Shown: piece after piece, positions 10,950 to 23,534 of the stretch
How positions within the stretch are numbered: the stretch's first letter is position 1
How the letters are laid out: each line of letters starts with the position of its first letter
From: Octopus bimaculoides
Lineage: Eukaryota
Direction: 5' to 3'
Length of the DNA: 40,205 nucleotides
NCBI RefSeq assembly: GCF_001194135.2
Contig: NC_068982.1
Location: 77,479,735-77,519,939, forward strand
The notes under the pieces: generated by a model
Databases searched by the model: none
What the model was told of the DNA's origin: nothing
Seen by the model: only the letters and a program-made list of their open reading frames with translations
Translations under genes and position numbers: made by a program

Positions 10950-12930
10950 TACGAGGGGGTACCCAAAAGTAACTGGAAACGTTCTAGAAGCCACTTGATG
11001 CTATCCTCAGGCATCAGTCTGCTGTTGTTAGATGGAGTCATATTGCTACATGGTGCGTCTTTGTTTTGCAGTGCTTTTCCCCTGTTTGTTCATTTTTGCA
11101 ATGGCTGAAATGAAGAAACAGCATGCTTCTGTGAAATTCTGTTTTCTGCTGGGGAAAATGGTGGCTGAAACAGTTGTCATGCTTCAAACAGCTTACAAGG
11201 ATGCTGCCGTGAGCAAAACAAGTTTACACATGGTTTTCACATTTTAGGTATAGTCATTTGTTGCTTGAGGACCAACCTTGTTCAGGACAACCATTGACCT
11301 CCCAAATGAATGAAAACATCACGAAAATTCATGAACTGATCTTGGAGGACCATTGCCGAATAATTGACAGACTTGTTGATATGACTGGTGTGTCCTAGAG
11401 CTCCTGCCAATGAATTTTAAGTGAGGAATTGCGAATGAAAAGAATTGCAGCAGAATTTGTGCCTCTTTTGCTCATGGAAGATCAAAAGAAGTCACGACTG
11501 AATGCATGTCGTGACCTGAAAGAACAGTTGGAAGTTGATCTGGACCTTCTTTTGAAGGTCATCACTGGTGATGAAAGCTGGTGCTACAGCTACAATCCAG
11601 AAACAAGGCTGCAATCAAATCAATGGAAGCATTCAATCCCACCATGCCCCCAAAAAGTGCATCAAGTGAAGTCCAATGTCAAGACGATACTGGTTTGTTT
11701 CATCGAAAGGAACTATCCACAAAGTATTTGTTCCTCCTGGTCAAACTGTTCACTAGACATTTTACTTGCCAGTTCTGAAGTGTTTGCGAGAGGTGGTGAG
11801 ACAAAAACACCCTGACCAGTGGCAAAGTCAAGAGTGATAATTTCATCAGGACAATGCACCTTTGCATCTCGGCTTGAGCGTAAGACAGTTTTTTGATCAA
11901 AAATGGCATGACCCCATTTACCCAGCCTCTCTAATCACCTGATCTTGCTCCCTGAACTATTTTTTTTGTTCCCCTGAATGAAAAATGTCCTTAAAGGAAA
12001 GCGTTTTGCAGATGTGGAAGAGGTGAAGAAAAACACGGAGGTGTTAAAAGGCATCACTTCACAAGAGTTCCAGGACTGCTTCAAACAGTGGAAAATGCAT
12101 CTGGACTGATGCACTGCTTCATATAAAACATAAAACTCATCATTATCGTTTAACGTCTGCTTTCCATGCTAGCATGGGTTGGACGATTTGACTGAGGTCT
12201 GGCAAACCAGATGGCTATGCCAGGCTCCAATCTGATTTGGCAGAGTTTCTACAGCTGGATGCCCTTCCTAACACCAACCACTCCGAGAGTGTAGTGAGTG
12301 CTTTTACGCGCCACCGGCACGAAGGCCAATCAGGTGGTACTGGCAACGGCCACGCTCAAAATGGTGTATTTTATGTGCCACCTGCACAAGAGCCAGTCCG
12401 GCGGCACTGGCAACGACCTCNNNNNNNNNNNNNNNNNNNNNNNNNNNNNNNNNNNNNNNNNNNNNNNNNNNNNNNNNNNNNNNNNNNNNNNNNNNNNNNN
12501 NNNNNNNNNNNNNNNNNNNNNNNNNNNNNNNNNNNNNNNNNNNNNNNNNNNNNNNNNNNNNNNNNNNNNNNNAGGCAGCTGTTCTGGCAATGATCACACT
12601 CGGATGGTGCTTTTAGCACTCCACTGGTACAGGTGCCATCACGATTTTGCTTTCACTTGCCCTAACAGGTCTTCGCAAGCCGAGTTTAATGTCCAATGAA
12701 GGAGACGTTGGCATGGGTGCCAGTCATCGAATTTAGTTCGATTTCGGTTTCACTTGCCTCAACAGGTCTTCGCAAGTAGAGTTTAGTGTCCAATGAAGGA
12801 AAGGTACGCATAAGTGGGCTGGCTACACCCTTGGCAGAAGCCTTGGATTATGGTCTCACTTGGCTTGCTGGGTCTTAAGTGAATAAAATAATATTGCAAA
12901 ATTTTGGTTTCTTTCGGGTATCTCCTTGTA
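10950..12930 (+). mobile_element. Mariner (DD34D type), decayed near-full copy with a retroposon insertion
   Basis: TA-flanked TIRs tacgagggggtacccaaaagtaactgg / ttttggtttctttcgggtatctccttgta. Motifs VITGDESWCY, FHQDNAP and SPDLAP are spread over broken frames. Confidence 0.92.
12138..12877 (-). mobile_element. 5'-truncated RTE-type 3' UTR inserted in the mariner
   Basis: (GAT)n-like tail at 12138, ccatgctagcatgg palindrome, internal duplicated ~55-bp unit at 12651 and 12749. Mariner sequence resumes at gtgaataaaata. Confidence 0.8.
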
Positions 12931-13500
12931 TCTCTGCATACAGAGCGAGTCTGAAGGTGAGATGAACATTACTATTCTGTCTAACAATTCTTTCTTCATA
13001 AATTGAAATTAAAACTTTTTCCTCCCTCTATTTATTTGTTAATCTACTAAGTAGATGTAAGTAACTAGAATGAAACTTCTTGCCCAAGAGACTTAACACT
13101 ATTATGTTACATTTTATAATTTCAAGACTTGAATGACCTGTACCTCATTTTTAACTATTGATACTTTTCATAGTAATTTATGAAGGTGGTGGTCATGGTA
13201 AGGAGGGCACAAAACATTGAAATATCTGATAATATCTTTAGTAGAGACAAACTCACCACAAAACAAAAATCAGTAATTTTCTGAATTATCCAAGAAGTAT
13301 TTACAAAATTTTTTTTAACAAGTTTCATGAAATATTTGATTAAATAAAGAACAATAGAAAATTGAATCAAAAGGAAAATGTTTTTTTTTCTTTTAAAATA
13401 CAAACAAATGCAATAACAATCTGTCTTGTTTCACAAAACAATAAGAAAATACTTAAATTTCATTTCACTCCAATCTATGGCATGCTGAAACAGAACAGAT

Positions 13501-13536
<36 letters not shown>

Positions 13537-13689
13537 GACAAACCTGATATAGAGCATAACTCTGGTAACTCTGATAAAACTGTTTGTATACATGATTACA
13601 TACATTTTATATTATGTACATGTAGGTTTCCATAAATATTTTGGAAGCAAGGAAAAAGAAGAAAATTATGTACATGCACACATGCAGAT

Positions 13690-13711
13690 GCTCATAAATA
13701 TACATATATAT

Positions 13712-13745
<34 letters not shown>

Positions 13746-13760
13746 GTATAAATATATATG

Positions 13761-13806
<46 letters not shown>

Positions 13807-14594
13807 NNNNNNNNNNTATATATATATATATATATATATATACAGGGTGCAACAGTAGTAATGCCCTTTATGCATTTAATAACTTTCATAGTATGTAAAT
13901 GTTTATTAAATAATTTTTTATTGAATACAAACTTATTGCGTTACTTAAACAAACGAATAATAAACTAATGAAAGAAGAAATCACACAAGTTTTAGGAAGT
14001 AAATTAAAATAACTCAATTAGAAACAAGAAAATTCAAATACAAAAGGGCATTACTTCTGCCGCACCCTCTCTATATATATATTCGAATAGGCAGACGTAT
14101 ATCTACACATGTGCATATATATATATATATATATACACACACATATATACATATATGCAGCTGGACTGGCTCCTGTGCAGGTGGCACGTAAAATAAACCA
14201 TTTTGAGTGGTACTGCTTGACTGGCATTCATGCCAGTGGCACGTAAAAGCACCCACTACACTCTCGGAGTGGCATCCAGCTGTAGAAACTCTGCCAAATC
14301 AGATTGGAGCCTGGTNNNNNNNNNNNNNNNNNNNNNNNNNNNNNNNNNNNNNNNNNNNNNNNNNNNNNNNNNNNNNNNNNNNNNNNNNNNNNNNNNNNNN
14401 NNNNNNNNNNNNNNNATATATATATGTATGTATATATGTATATTTATATATGTATACATATATGTATATTTATATATGTATACATATATGTATATATGTG
14501 TATGTATACATAATTATACGTATACGTATGTATATGTATGTATACAAATATGAGTATATGTGTATATATATATATACATGTATATATATGTATA

Positions 14595-14626
<32 letters not shown>

Positions 14627-14863
14627 NNNNNNNNNNATATATGTATACATATATGTATATATGTTTGTTTATATATATGTATATATATATTACATGTATA
14701 TATATATGTATATATGTATGTATATATATGTGCATATATAGATATATGCATGTATATATTTGTGTGCATATATATGTGTATACATATGTGTATGTATATA
14801 TGTATTGTATATATATATATATAAATGCACATATATGTATACATATATGTATATCTACTTGTC

Positions 14864-14905
<42 letters not shown>

Positions 14906-15190
14906 NNNNNNNNNNTATATATATATATATATGTATAAATGTATATATATGTATATATATATATACACATATATATACATTTATACATGTATATATGCAT
15001 GTATATGTATATATATATGTACATATGTATATACATGTACATATATATATATATGTATATATGTACATATATATATATATGTATATATGTACATATATAT
15101 ATATATGTATATATGTACATATATATATATATATGTATATATATGTATGTGTGTATATATGTATATATATGTATATGTATATTCATTNNN
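13690..15190. repeat. Compound (TA)n/(CA)n/(TATG)n microsatellite field with assembly gaps
   Basis: Directly visible; generates all the YI/IH/VC pseudo-ORFs. Confidence 0.95.
14160..14315 (+). mobile_element. RTE-type 3' UTR fragment
   Basis: gtggcacgtaaaagcacccactacactctcggagtgg...tgtagaaactctgccaaatcagattggagcctgg is the reverse complement of 12220-12400. Confidence 0.8.
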
Positions 15191-17627
15191 NNNNNNNNNN
15201 NNNNNNNNNNNNNNNNNNNNNNNNNNNNNNNNNNNNNNNNNNNNNNNNNNNNNNNNNNNNNNNNNNNNNNNNNNNNNNNNNNNNNNNNNNNNNNNNNNNN
15301 NNNNNNNNNNNNNNNNNNNNNNNNNNNNNNNNNNNNNNNNNNNNNNNNNNNNNNNNNNNNNNNNNNNNNNNNNNNNNNNNNNNNNNNNNNNNNNNNNNNN
15401 NNNNNNNNNNNNNNNNNNNNNNNNNNNNNNNNNNNNNNNNNNNNNNNNNNNNNNNNNNNNNNNNNNNNNNNNNNNNNNNNNNNNNNNNNNNNNNNNNNNN
15501 NNNNNNNNNNNNNNNNNNNNNNNNNNNNNNNNNNNNNNNNNNNNNNNNNNNNNNNNNNNNNNNNNNNNNNNNNNNNNNNNNNNNNNNNNNNNNNNNNNNN
15601 NNNNNNNNNNNNNNNNNNNNNNNNNNNNNNNNNNNNNNNNNNNNNNNNNNNNNNNNNNNNNNNNNNNNNNNNNNNNNNNNNNNNNNNNNNNNNNNNNNNN
15701 NNNNNNNNNNNNNNNNNNNNNNNNNNNNNNNNNNNNNNNNNNNNNNNNNNNNNNNNNNNNNNNNNNNNNNNNNNNNNNNNNNNNNNNNNNNNNNNNNNNN
15801 NNNNNNNNNNNNNNNNNNNNNNNNNNNNNNNNNNNNNNNNNNNNNNNNNNNNNNNNNNNNNNNNNNNNNNNNNNNNNNNNNNNNNNNNNNNNNNNNNNNN
15901 NNNNNNNNNNNNNNNNNNNNNNNNNNNNNNNNNNNNNNNNNNNNNNNNNNNNNTATATATACTGGTGTGTCTTGGTGTGTGTGTGTGGTTGTGTGTATAT
16001 GTTGGAAATATAAGTTTTCAGAAAAATTATTCAAATTGAACAGGCATAGTACAGTTTTCTATTCCAAGTAGATGTCTTTGATTTTAGAGAAGCCATTAAG
16101 AAATATCAAGATAGTCATTTTCTGTTTGTTTCATTTTCCTATATCATTCAATCTTGGTTTGAATTTAGAAGATATTGACTTTATAATAGAAAGGCACATG
16201 GCCTTAGATTTCGTATAGAAGATGAGATGTGATTGTTTGACATTCATGCCATTCTCAAAGGTACTTATGATGATGCATGTGAGGTGAAAGTGTTCTAATC
16301 AGATACTGAAACTGGATCATGGCCATGTCACACTTGGAACTTCTTGTTACAAGTTTTCATCTCCTCTTGCTAAATGTTGTTTTTATTTTCTTAGGCAGGA
16401 TAATAAGAAAGAATAAGTTCATGCTTTTCTCAGGAGCTGAAACAGGTTTACAGAGTCATCACTCGATATATCTTATTTGTACACTACAGCTCTCATTACT
16501 TCAGTAAGGAGATATTAGTGAGTAGAGATTAGGATCTGAGACTAGTTTGTTGGGGCTTAACTTCCAGTCGGTAATTCATGATATGTTGGTTGGTGAGTAG
16601 GTAGATAAACAGTACCTCAGTTCATCAAACCACTCCCTGCACCTTCATTGTCTAATCCACAGGACGGAATATTTGAAGAACTGATCTATGAGGTGGAGAA
16701 AGTAGTAGCCATCTGATGGTGAACTGGGCTAGTGGCCACACACTCCTGTCTGCTAATGGTGACCATACACTGCTGTGTCCTAATATTGACTTCATGCTGC
16801 AGTATTCTAATGGCAAGCAGTTACTGTAATTAGTCTTTAATTAGTAAGTAAAATGGCCAATCATGGCTATACCTCACAGTTGCAAAACATATTTAGGAAG
16901 TTAATAGATTTATATGTATATATATAGAGAGAGAGCAAGGAAGGAGGGGAGTTATAAAAAGAAAAAAGAATACAAAAATAACAAAAAGACAAAAAGCCCT
17001 GTCTCACAACTGTTTGTAGTGTGTTGTTTATGATATCCAAGTTGTGAGTGCCATACCTTATATGATAATCTAGTTGTGAGCTAATGGTTTATTGATATGT
17101 ATGTAATATTGAAGATGTGATGATGATCTCTGATATATTACAACATCCAGTTAATGCTATTATATATCCTGCTTTGACATTTTGCTTATAAGTATTAAAT
17201 TCTGATAAGTTGTAATACAGTGTAATAATCTAGTTATTTCAGTGGTGTAACCTGAAAATGCAGAATGTTGTCATTTTCATTTAATGGCAATAAGTATCAT
17301 GTCTCACCTTAGTTGTGACTTTTAATATCATAGTGTATTGTGATGTTCCAGTCAGAAATATTGTCTCTTGATACTACTTAATGTCCCAATTTTGAATGCT
17401 ACTTCATGACATCCCAGTTATATGTAATGTGATACTTCTTTTCTTAGTTTAAAGGCTAGTCAGATCTGATTAGTCTGTTCCTGGTTTAAAAGCAGCTAGT
17501 AATATAATGCTTCTGTCCTTAGTTAAAATTCTAGCTTATTATGAGTTTGTTGATTACATTTTTACTTTCATGTTTTAATTCATGTCTGCCTTTTTTGTCT
17601 TTTTTTTTTACTACAGTGTTTACAATT

Positions 17628-17891
17628 TAAAGTGAGTATACACCTCTTCAAAGTGAAAATAGTATTCCTAAAGTGATTGTATATGATTTCAAAGAGTGAC
17701 TAGCTATTTCAGAGTAAAACACACACCACTTTGAAGTGTGAGATGCAATTCTAAACAAAGCACAGTGGGACAAAAGGTTTCAAAGTGAGCACATGTCACT
17801 TAAAACTAAGATTAGCAATTTCAAAGTGAGTGCATGTCACTTCAAAGTGTCATTAGCAATTCTAAACTAAGCACATGTCACTTCAAAGTGA
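17628..17891. repeat. Degenerate ~20-bp tandem array with TTCAAAGTG core
   Basis: Core at 17647, 17688, 17729 (reverse), 17779, 17820, 17841 and 17882, plus variant units. Confidence 0.8.
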
Positions 17892-18398
17892 GAAATACTC
17901 ATTTTATAAGAGGAAGGGTTACTGTTGATCTGTACAACCCTGTATTATTAAGAAAGAAAATTATTGCAAAAGTATTAGATTTAGGTCTTTTAGAATTTGT
18001 ATTTGAATTTTCAGTTTTAATTTAATGTCTTTAATTATTCTAAGATCAATGAATATCATTAAGTATTGGAGATAAACAATGAAATTAATGAGAAGTAATA
18101 GTATAACCTACCATTTACTGCTATAGTAGATGATGATTATAGTTCTACAGTTGGCAGGTGACTTTACAAGATTGTCTGACCTGTGAGAAATAGTAACTAA
18201 GTAGCTATCATATTACACCGTACCATCTTAAAAATAGAGAAGCATTTGATAGTCAATGTAGTTCTAAATAAACTAGGTCTGAATAAATGATGGAAAGGTC
18301 ACGACTGGAATTTCTTTGGTCATTGTTTTTCTTACTCAAAGCTGATCTGGGATTAAACCACAGCAATTGGTTGTGGTACATCTAGTGTGTATGTGTGC

Positions 18399-18456
<58 letters not shown>

Positions 18457-19953
18457 TTTTTAAATCAGAAGTAACCCTAGAATCAAGAGCTTAACACATT
18501 TTGATAAATGCTATGCATGCAACTCTAGACCATCACTTTTGTAATTTTTGTTGATTAAAAATATATAAACTCATGTATTGAGTCCTATTATCCAGTTTGT
18601 TCTGCAAAACTTTTATTTGTATATAGCCTTTGGATTAATTATTAGACATCTGTATGGTTAATAGCTAATGAGAAGATGATGAGGGTCTATCTTAGTAACA
18701 TCCATAAACTGATGAGGTGAGTTGATACTTAAGACTTATGACCATGTAGTTGATAATCTATAATCCCTTTATTTGGAAACCTTTTTATATTCACCAAAGT
18801 CTATCTTTGAGCAAAAATCTTCAGATTCAATATCATTTAATAGGTATTAATACTTTTGTAATTTGAAATTGGGGACAGTTCAAACATATGATATACATTT
18901 ATTTAGAACAGGGCATCATGAAATGAAGGAAAGAAAAAATAATAAATGGACAAAAACAAATACAAAAAATGGTAAAAATATAAATAAAAATTGTTTTAAG
19001 ATTGTTTGTGGTTTAGGTTTAAAACAAAAGATAAAATATGACAAAACAGTTGTTTAATTTTGAAACTGATGTGTTTGTCATGCCTTGGTCATCTAGAAGA
19101 TGACTGTTGGTGAAATAGGCATTGCATCATTGAGATTTTGAATTGAATACAAAGAAAAGTGCACTTGAGGTAGAGTTGTAAATTGGACATACTGAAGAAT
19201 TATGCTGATTAGGTTAGAAAAGATGCCAGGCAGTTGTGCTATATCTTAGATTAATCACCTGCAATCAAATTTATTTGATGATCACTGTCTCATATATATA
19301 TATTTTTTTATATATATATATATACTTACTAAATTTATTGTCAATATCTGCTTGACAAATTTTTTCAAATATAATTTTTTTATTCATTCAAACAATTTTT
19401 TTCTTTGAAACTTCTTAAATCTGAAAATAATATTTTAGAATGATACAACAATATGAGCTAAAAAAAAAACTATATATGTAACATTTAAAATTGTAGAAAG
19501 AACTTAGTTTCCTTTTTGTATCAAGATTACAGTACTTCTTATTTGTTTTTAAATATATTTTTACCCCAAATTTTCCAATGGTGTGTATTAAATTATCTTT
19601 GATTTTTCAGTAACTTTTTCAGCTGGAGATAAGAAATCACAGACTTAAACTACTGCTGAGTCTTGTTTAAAAGTAAAATAAAACCTCAGGTCCTATCTGA
19701 AGTTAAAATTAAATTTGGTGTTTGTAGTTCCATAGTCTACCTAGGTTTTGTTGATATCTGTAAATAAAGACATGATGATATATTAGTGAGTAAAATTGGG
19801 TTTTAAAACTGAATTTAAAACCCAAAGAGTGTAATAAATTATTTTCTTCCCCTTTCTATTTTAAAACTCAATGTCTTTTCATTGCTATTGCTTTAATTTG
19901 TATTTAAAATATAATAATTGATATCAATTAATTATTGATATTAATTAATAGAT

Positions 19954-21117
19954 TTAAAGCCTAGGAAATGAATGTCTTCTTTCAGATTCTTCTTCACCAG
20001 TAGAACTAAGAATTGAAACCCGTGGTAAACTGGATGGCAATTTCACAGGGATATGTCGGGGAGGTTTGGGAACAGGGGCTGTCCTTTTAGGACTTTCAAA
20101 TAGTGTTGTATCATCTTTTAAGGCCTTAAAATCCATTTGTTCTGTTGACCGTCGCATGACATGTCGGGGTACAATGTTTTGCAAAAAGGACTCAGATCCT
20201 GTATGTTGGAAAAGAAGTTTGGGGGTTGGAAGTGGCATGCAGGCAACAGAGCTAGTTCTGTCAGAGCTAACTATTCTATTGTGAGGTAAAAAGGCATTGC
20301 TGTCATTTTTTTCCGATCCTTTTCTTGTTAACCTTCTAGAATCCAATGCAATTTCATCTCCGACTTTTTGGCTCTGTTGCAATAACTTGCCTTCAATATC
20401 TAAGCAAACATGTCCATTGGTTTTATCACAAATATGGTTTGATTCCGTAGATGATACAATGGTAACACTCTCAGGTCTTTTGTCTTTTATTATGTTAACC
20501 TTTTCAGGCTCATTATTATTATTGTTATTGTTATTATTGTTATTATTTAAATTTTCTTCCTCCTTGCAAGTGTCTGGGGATTGTTCGTTACTGGAAGGTT
20601 CCTCATTTCTAAAACAAGAAAAGCTACCAGTACGCGTTTTGGGTAATGGAGATTGCTGTATAGACTTGAGATCTTGGAAACCATAAATTGCTTTATGGAA
20701 ACTATATCTATTTAGAGGGGCACTAGCTTTCAAAGAAGCAGCACTTGATGATTCTGAAATTGAAGGCTCTGGGCTTGCTAAAGGTGCTTCAGCTCTGTCC
20801 CTTAACAAACTGAGATTCAATAATTCATTTGTAAGGGGATTGCTTAGATGTAGACTTCGAGCATATTCAAGTTTTCGAATGTTTTGTTCTGCTACTTGGT
20901 CCCAAGTCAGAGGTGGAGGGGATATTGTTAAATCTGGATCAGATGGACTTGGAATATCTTGAAGATTTGGACTTGAGAAAGTTGTTTCAACACAAGAGTT
21001 GCAAGTATTAACACAAACATCTGCTGCAGTGATGGATGGTAATTCACATAATTTGGTTTTGCGTTCAGAATCAGGTAATTTCCGGTTAGGTTTTACTGGC
21101 CCTACATTAATAAGCAC
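19954..21117 (-). CDS. DAGLA: Diacylglycerol lipase alpha, terminal coding exon (387 aa Ser/Pro-rich tail, TAA stop)
   Basis: 1164-nt open frame starting exactly at acceptor tttttatgctttttatcattag|GTG, phase 0, compatible with the preceding donor (LKK|VLINVGP versus vertebrate LNK|VLENY). Disordered composition fits the alpha-type tail. Confidence 0.88.
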   Translation of the reverse strand: MLINVGPVKPNRKLPDSERKTKLCELPSITAADVCVNTCNSCVETTFSSPNLQDIPSPSDPDLTISPPPLTWDQVAEQNIRKLEYARSLHLSNPLTNELLNLSLLRDRAEAPLASPEPSISESSSAASLKASAPLNRYSFHKAIYGFQDLKSIQQSPLPKTRTGSFSCFRNEEPSSNEQSPDTCKEEENLNNNNNNNNNNNNEPEKVNIIKDKRPESVTIVSSTESNHICDKTNGHVCLDIEGKLLQQSQKVGDEIALDSRRLTRKGSEKNDSNAFLPHNRIVSSDRTSSVACMPLPTPKLLFQHTGSESFLQNIVPRHVMRRSTEQMDFKALKDDTTLFESPKRTAPVPKPPRHIPVKLPSSLPRVSILSSTGEEESERRHSFPRL

Positions 21118-21924
21118 CTAATGATAAAAAAGCATAAAAATAGAATTAAATAAGTAAATTAAAAGAGATCATTCAGAGATAAAAGAAAAAGGAAACACAT
21201 TGTTTTTTAGAAATAAAAATTTAAAGCTTTGTAAATTTCTACAGAAAATATTGTTTTTATTAACATTAACAAAAAGATAACTATATTAATTCTACTTCCC
21301 CACCCTGAGCAAAATTCCTCCAAAACCAGAACAGCAAAATCTTGAAATAAAGCCATATACAAAGGAGCTCAGGAAGAAGTCTCCTTCCCGGAAAAAAAAT
21401 GCTCAAATGCTGAAAAAGAAAAATGTCAAAAATGAGAAGAAAGTGTGTAAAAAATGGTAAAGAGTGGAGATGGGGTCAACAAATAGAAAGCGGATTGGGA
21501 CTGAGAACCAGTTGTGTGACCTCCAAATCCCAAAGGTTTGACAGTTCAAAGATCAAACCAAAAAGAAGAAGGTGCAATGTAACAGACCAACAACAAGAAC
21601 AAGAATGATACTCGAAACAAGAACAACCATAACAGTAAAAACAGCAAGAGGTACAACAACAAGAGCAAAAGAAGCTACAAGAAAAACAACAACAGACACA
21701 ATGATAATGACAACAACACAGACAAACTCCCCATCTTCACTTTTCTCTGAAAGTGGAATGAGGAATTGATAAAATTTGTACAATAATGAAGTATGACTGG
21801 TGTGGGCTTTGATGCATTCCTCATTATAGAGAGACTTCTGGTGAAAACCATATTGTGTCATATTGTGAGAAAATGTATTGTACTTGATGTGAGAGTTTGA
21901 AAAAATATCCTGAACAAGAGAATG

Positions 21925-22075
21925 TGAACTGATTTTAATTCTGGCACAAGGCCAGCAGTTTTGAGGAGATGAGATAAATCCAGTATTTAACTGATACTTT
22001 ATTTTGTTAACCCCATAAGAATGAAAGGCAAATTTGATCTTGGTTTTTGAATTCAAAACATAAAGAGTTGGAAGA
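21925..22075 (-). mobile_element. SINE of the ctttgcctttcatcctttc family
   Basis: Reverse-complement counterpart of the copies at 22455-22530 and 22625-22710. Confidence 0.55.
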
Positions 22076-22094
22076 AATATTTTTAAGCATTTTG

Positions 22095-22380
22095 TCCAAT
22101 GTGTCTTCTACTATTACCTGAGGTAGACCAGTGTCTTGTGAGAGAATTCAGTAGATGGAAACTGTATGAAAGCCTGTGGTGTGTTTCTCCTGACTATTGC
22201 TTGATAACTGGCGTTGGTTTGTTCATGTCACCTGTAACTTTGCAGTTTGGCAAAAAAGACTGAGACAGAATAAGTACCAGGTTTAAAAATGATTAATGCT
22301 GGAGTCAGTTTGACTAAACCCTTCAAGGTGGCACCACAGCATGGCTGCAGTCCAATGACTGAAACAACTAAAAGATAAAA
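22095..22380 (+). mobile_element. SINE (same family as 3556-3827)
   Basis: gtgtcttctactat...agatggaaactg...cagcatggctgcagtccaatgactgaaacaactaaaagataaaa. Confidence 0.8.
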
Positions 22381-22454
22381 TGCTTTGTGATACCCTCCCC
22401 TCAAAAATTACTGTCCTTGTAATCAGAAGCAATTATTAGAAAAGAAAAAGTCTT

Positions 22455-22715
22455 GCAGTCAACTTTGCCTTTCATCCTTTCAGGGTTGATAAGATATGTA
22501 CCGGATGAATTTGTTGGCCTTGTGCCAAAATTATTATTATTATTATTATTACTATTACTAGGATGATAGATGGAAACAATCATTAGAGCATTGTATAAAA
22601 TGCTATGCAATACTTCTTCCACCTCTTTACATTCCGAGTTTAATTCCTGCCAAGGTCAACTTTGCCTTTCATCCTTTCAGGGGACAAAAAAATTTTCTAG
22701 CCTTGTATCTAAATC
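22455..22715 (+). mobile_element. Two short SINE fragments separated by (ATT)n
   Basis: gtcaactttgcctttcatcctttcagggg/t occurs twice (22457 and 22655). Confidence 0.65.
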
Positions 22716-23134
22716 AAACTATTATTAAATCAACAAAATTTTACAAAAGAAACCATTATTATTATTATTGTTATTATTGACAATATTACTATTATTGATG
22801 TTATTTTTTTGTTGTTCTTGTAGTTGTTATTACAAAAATCCTACAATGATTAGATAAAGGCTTTGGGTGAAGTAATGAATTAGTTAAAGGAAAAAGAAGT
22901 ATAAAAGGCACTTTAAAGAAAGATTATAAGTAAGGAAGTATTGATTATTATGTAAAGGAAGAGATGCAGGAGGGAAGGAATGTTTAGAGAAAGTAGAAAC
23001 AACATCTTAGTGGAGGGAAAGATAGCCATAGAAGAAAACCATGTATAAGAAATAGCATGAAAGAAGGTGAACAATGGGACAATTGAAGTGTTGAAGAGAA
23101 AAATTAGATGTAAAAACAAAATAGGGGTTATGTG

Positions 23135-23181
<47 letters not shown>

Positions 23182-23534
23182 ATATGTGAGTATGTTTGTG
23201 TTTGTACATGTATGTATGTATGTATATACATATATATGCTTCAGAACTAAAAAAAAAATCAGAAAAATAAATAAAGAAAATATCCAATACATTATATGAA
23301 GAAATGAAATACTAAAGACAGGAAGAAAAGAACACAGAATCCAGTCCTAACAACAGAATTGAGCAAAGGGAAAAGCTATTATTTACATGAAAGAAATATA
23401 ATTGTTGGATAAAAGAAAACTTATTTTGCAGCAAATGTAAGCAAAAACATAAAATTGTTTATAACCCATCCCACAACTCCCAACAACAACTGATATCTTT
23501 AATTAGGCAGAAAAATTGGTTAAAGTATAGATGC

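Noticed and set aside
13592-16071. Many long ORFs (up to 503 aa) in the ORF track
   Set aside because: They are translations of (TA)n/(TG)n/(CA)n repeats and N gaps; the same applies to ORFs at 23747-24083, 27894-28395, 32255-32543, 33324-33886 and 38788-39285.
17628-17891. Spaced short repeats superficially like a CRISPR array
   Set aside because: Eukaryotic context, spacers are related to one another, repeats are degenerate and there are no cas genes; it is a minisatellite.
20066-20686. Plus-strand ORFs of 72 and 129 aa
   Set aside because: Antisense shadows of the DAGLA terminal exon, with no splice signals or independent features.
21553-22056. 167-aa minus-strand ORF with a hydrophobic Val-rich end in the DAGLA intron
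   Set aside because: Starts inside a SINE and the hydrophobic part is a decayed (ACA)n/(TGT)n repeat; no convincing splice sites.
22910-23110. Purine-rich tract with a hydrophobic minus-strand ORF
   Set aside because: Decayed low-complexity sequence with no domain or splice support.
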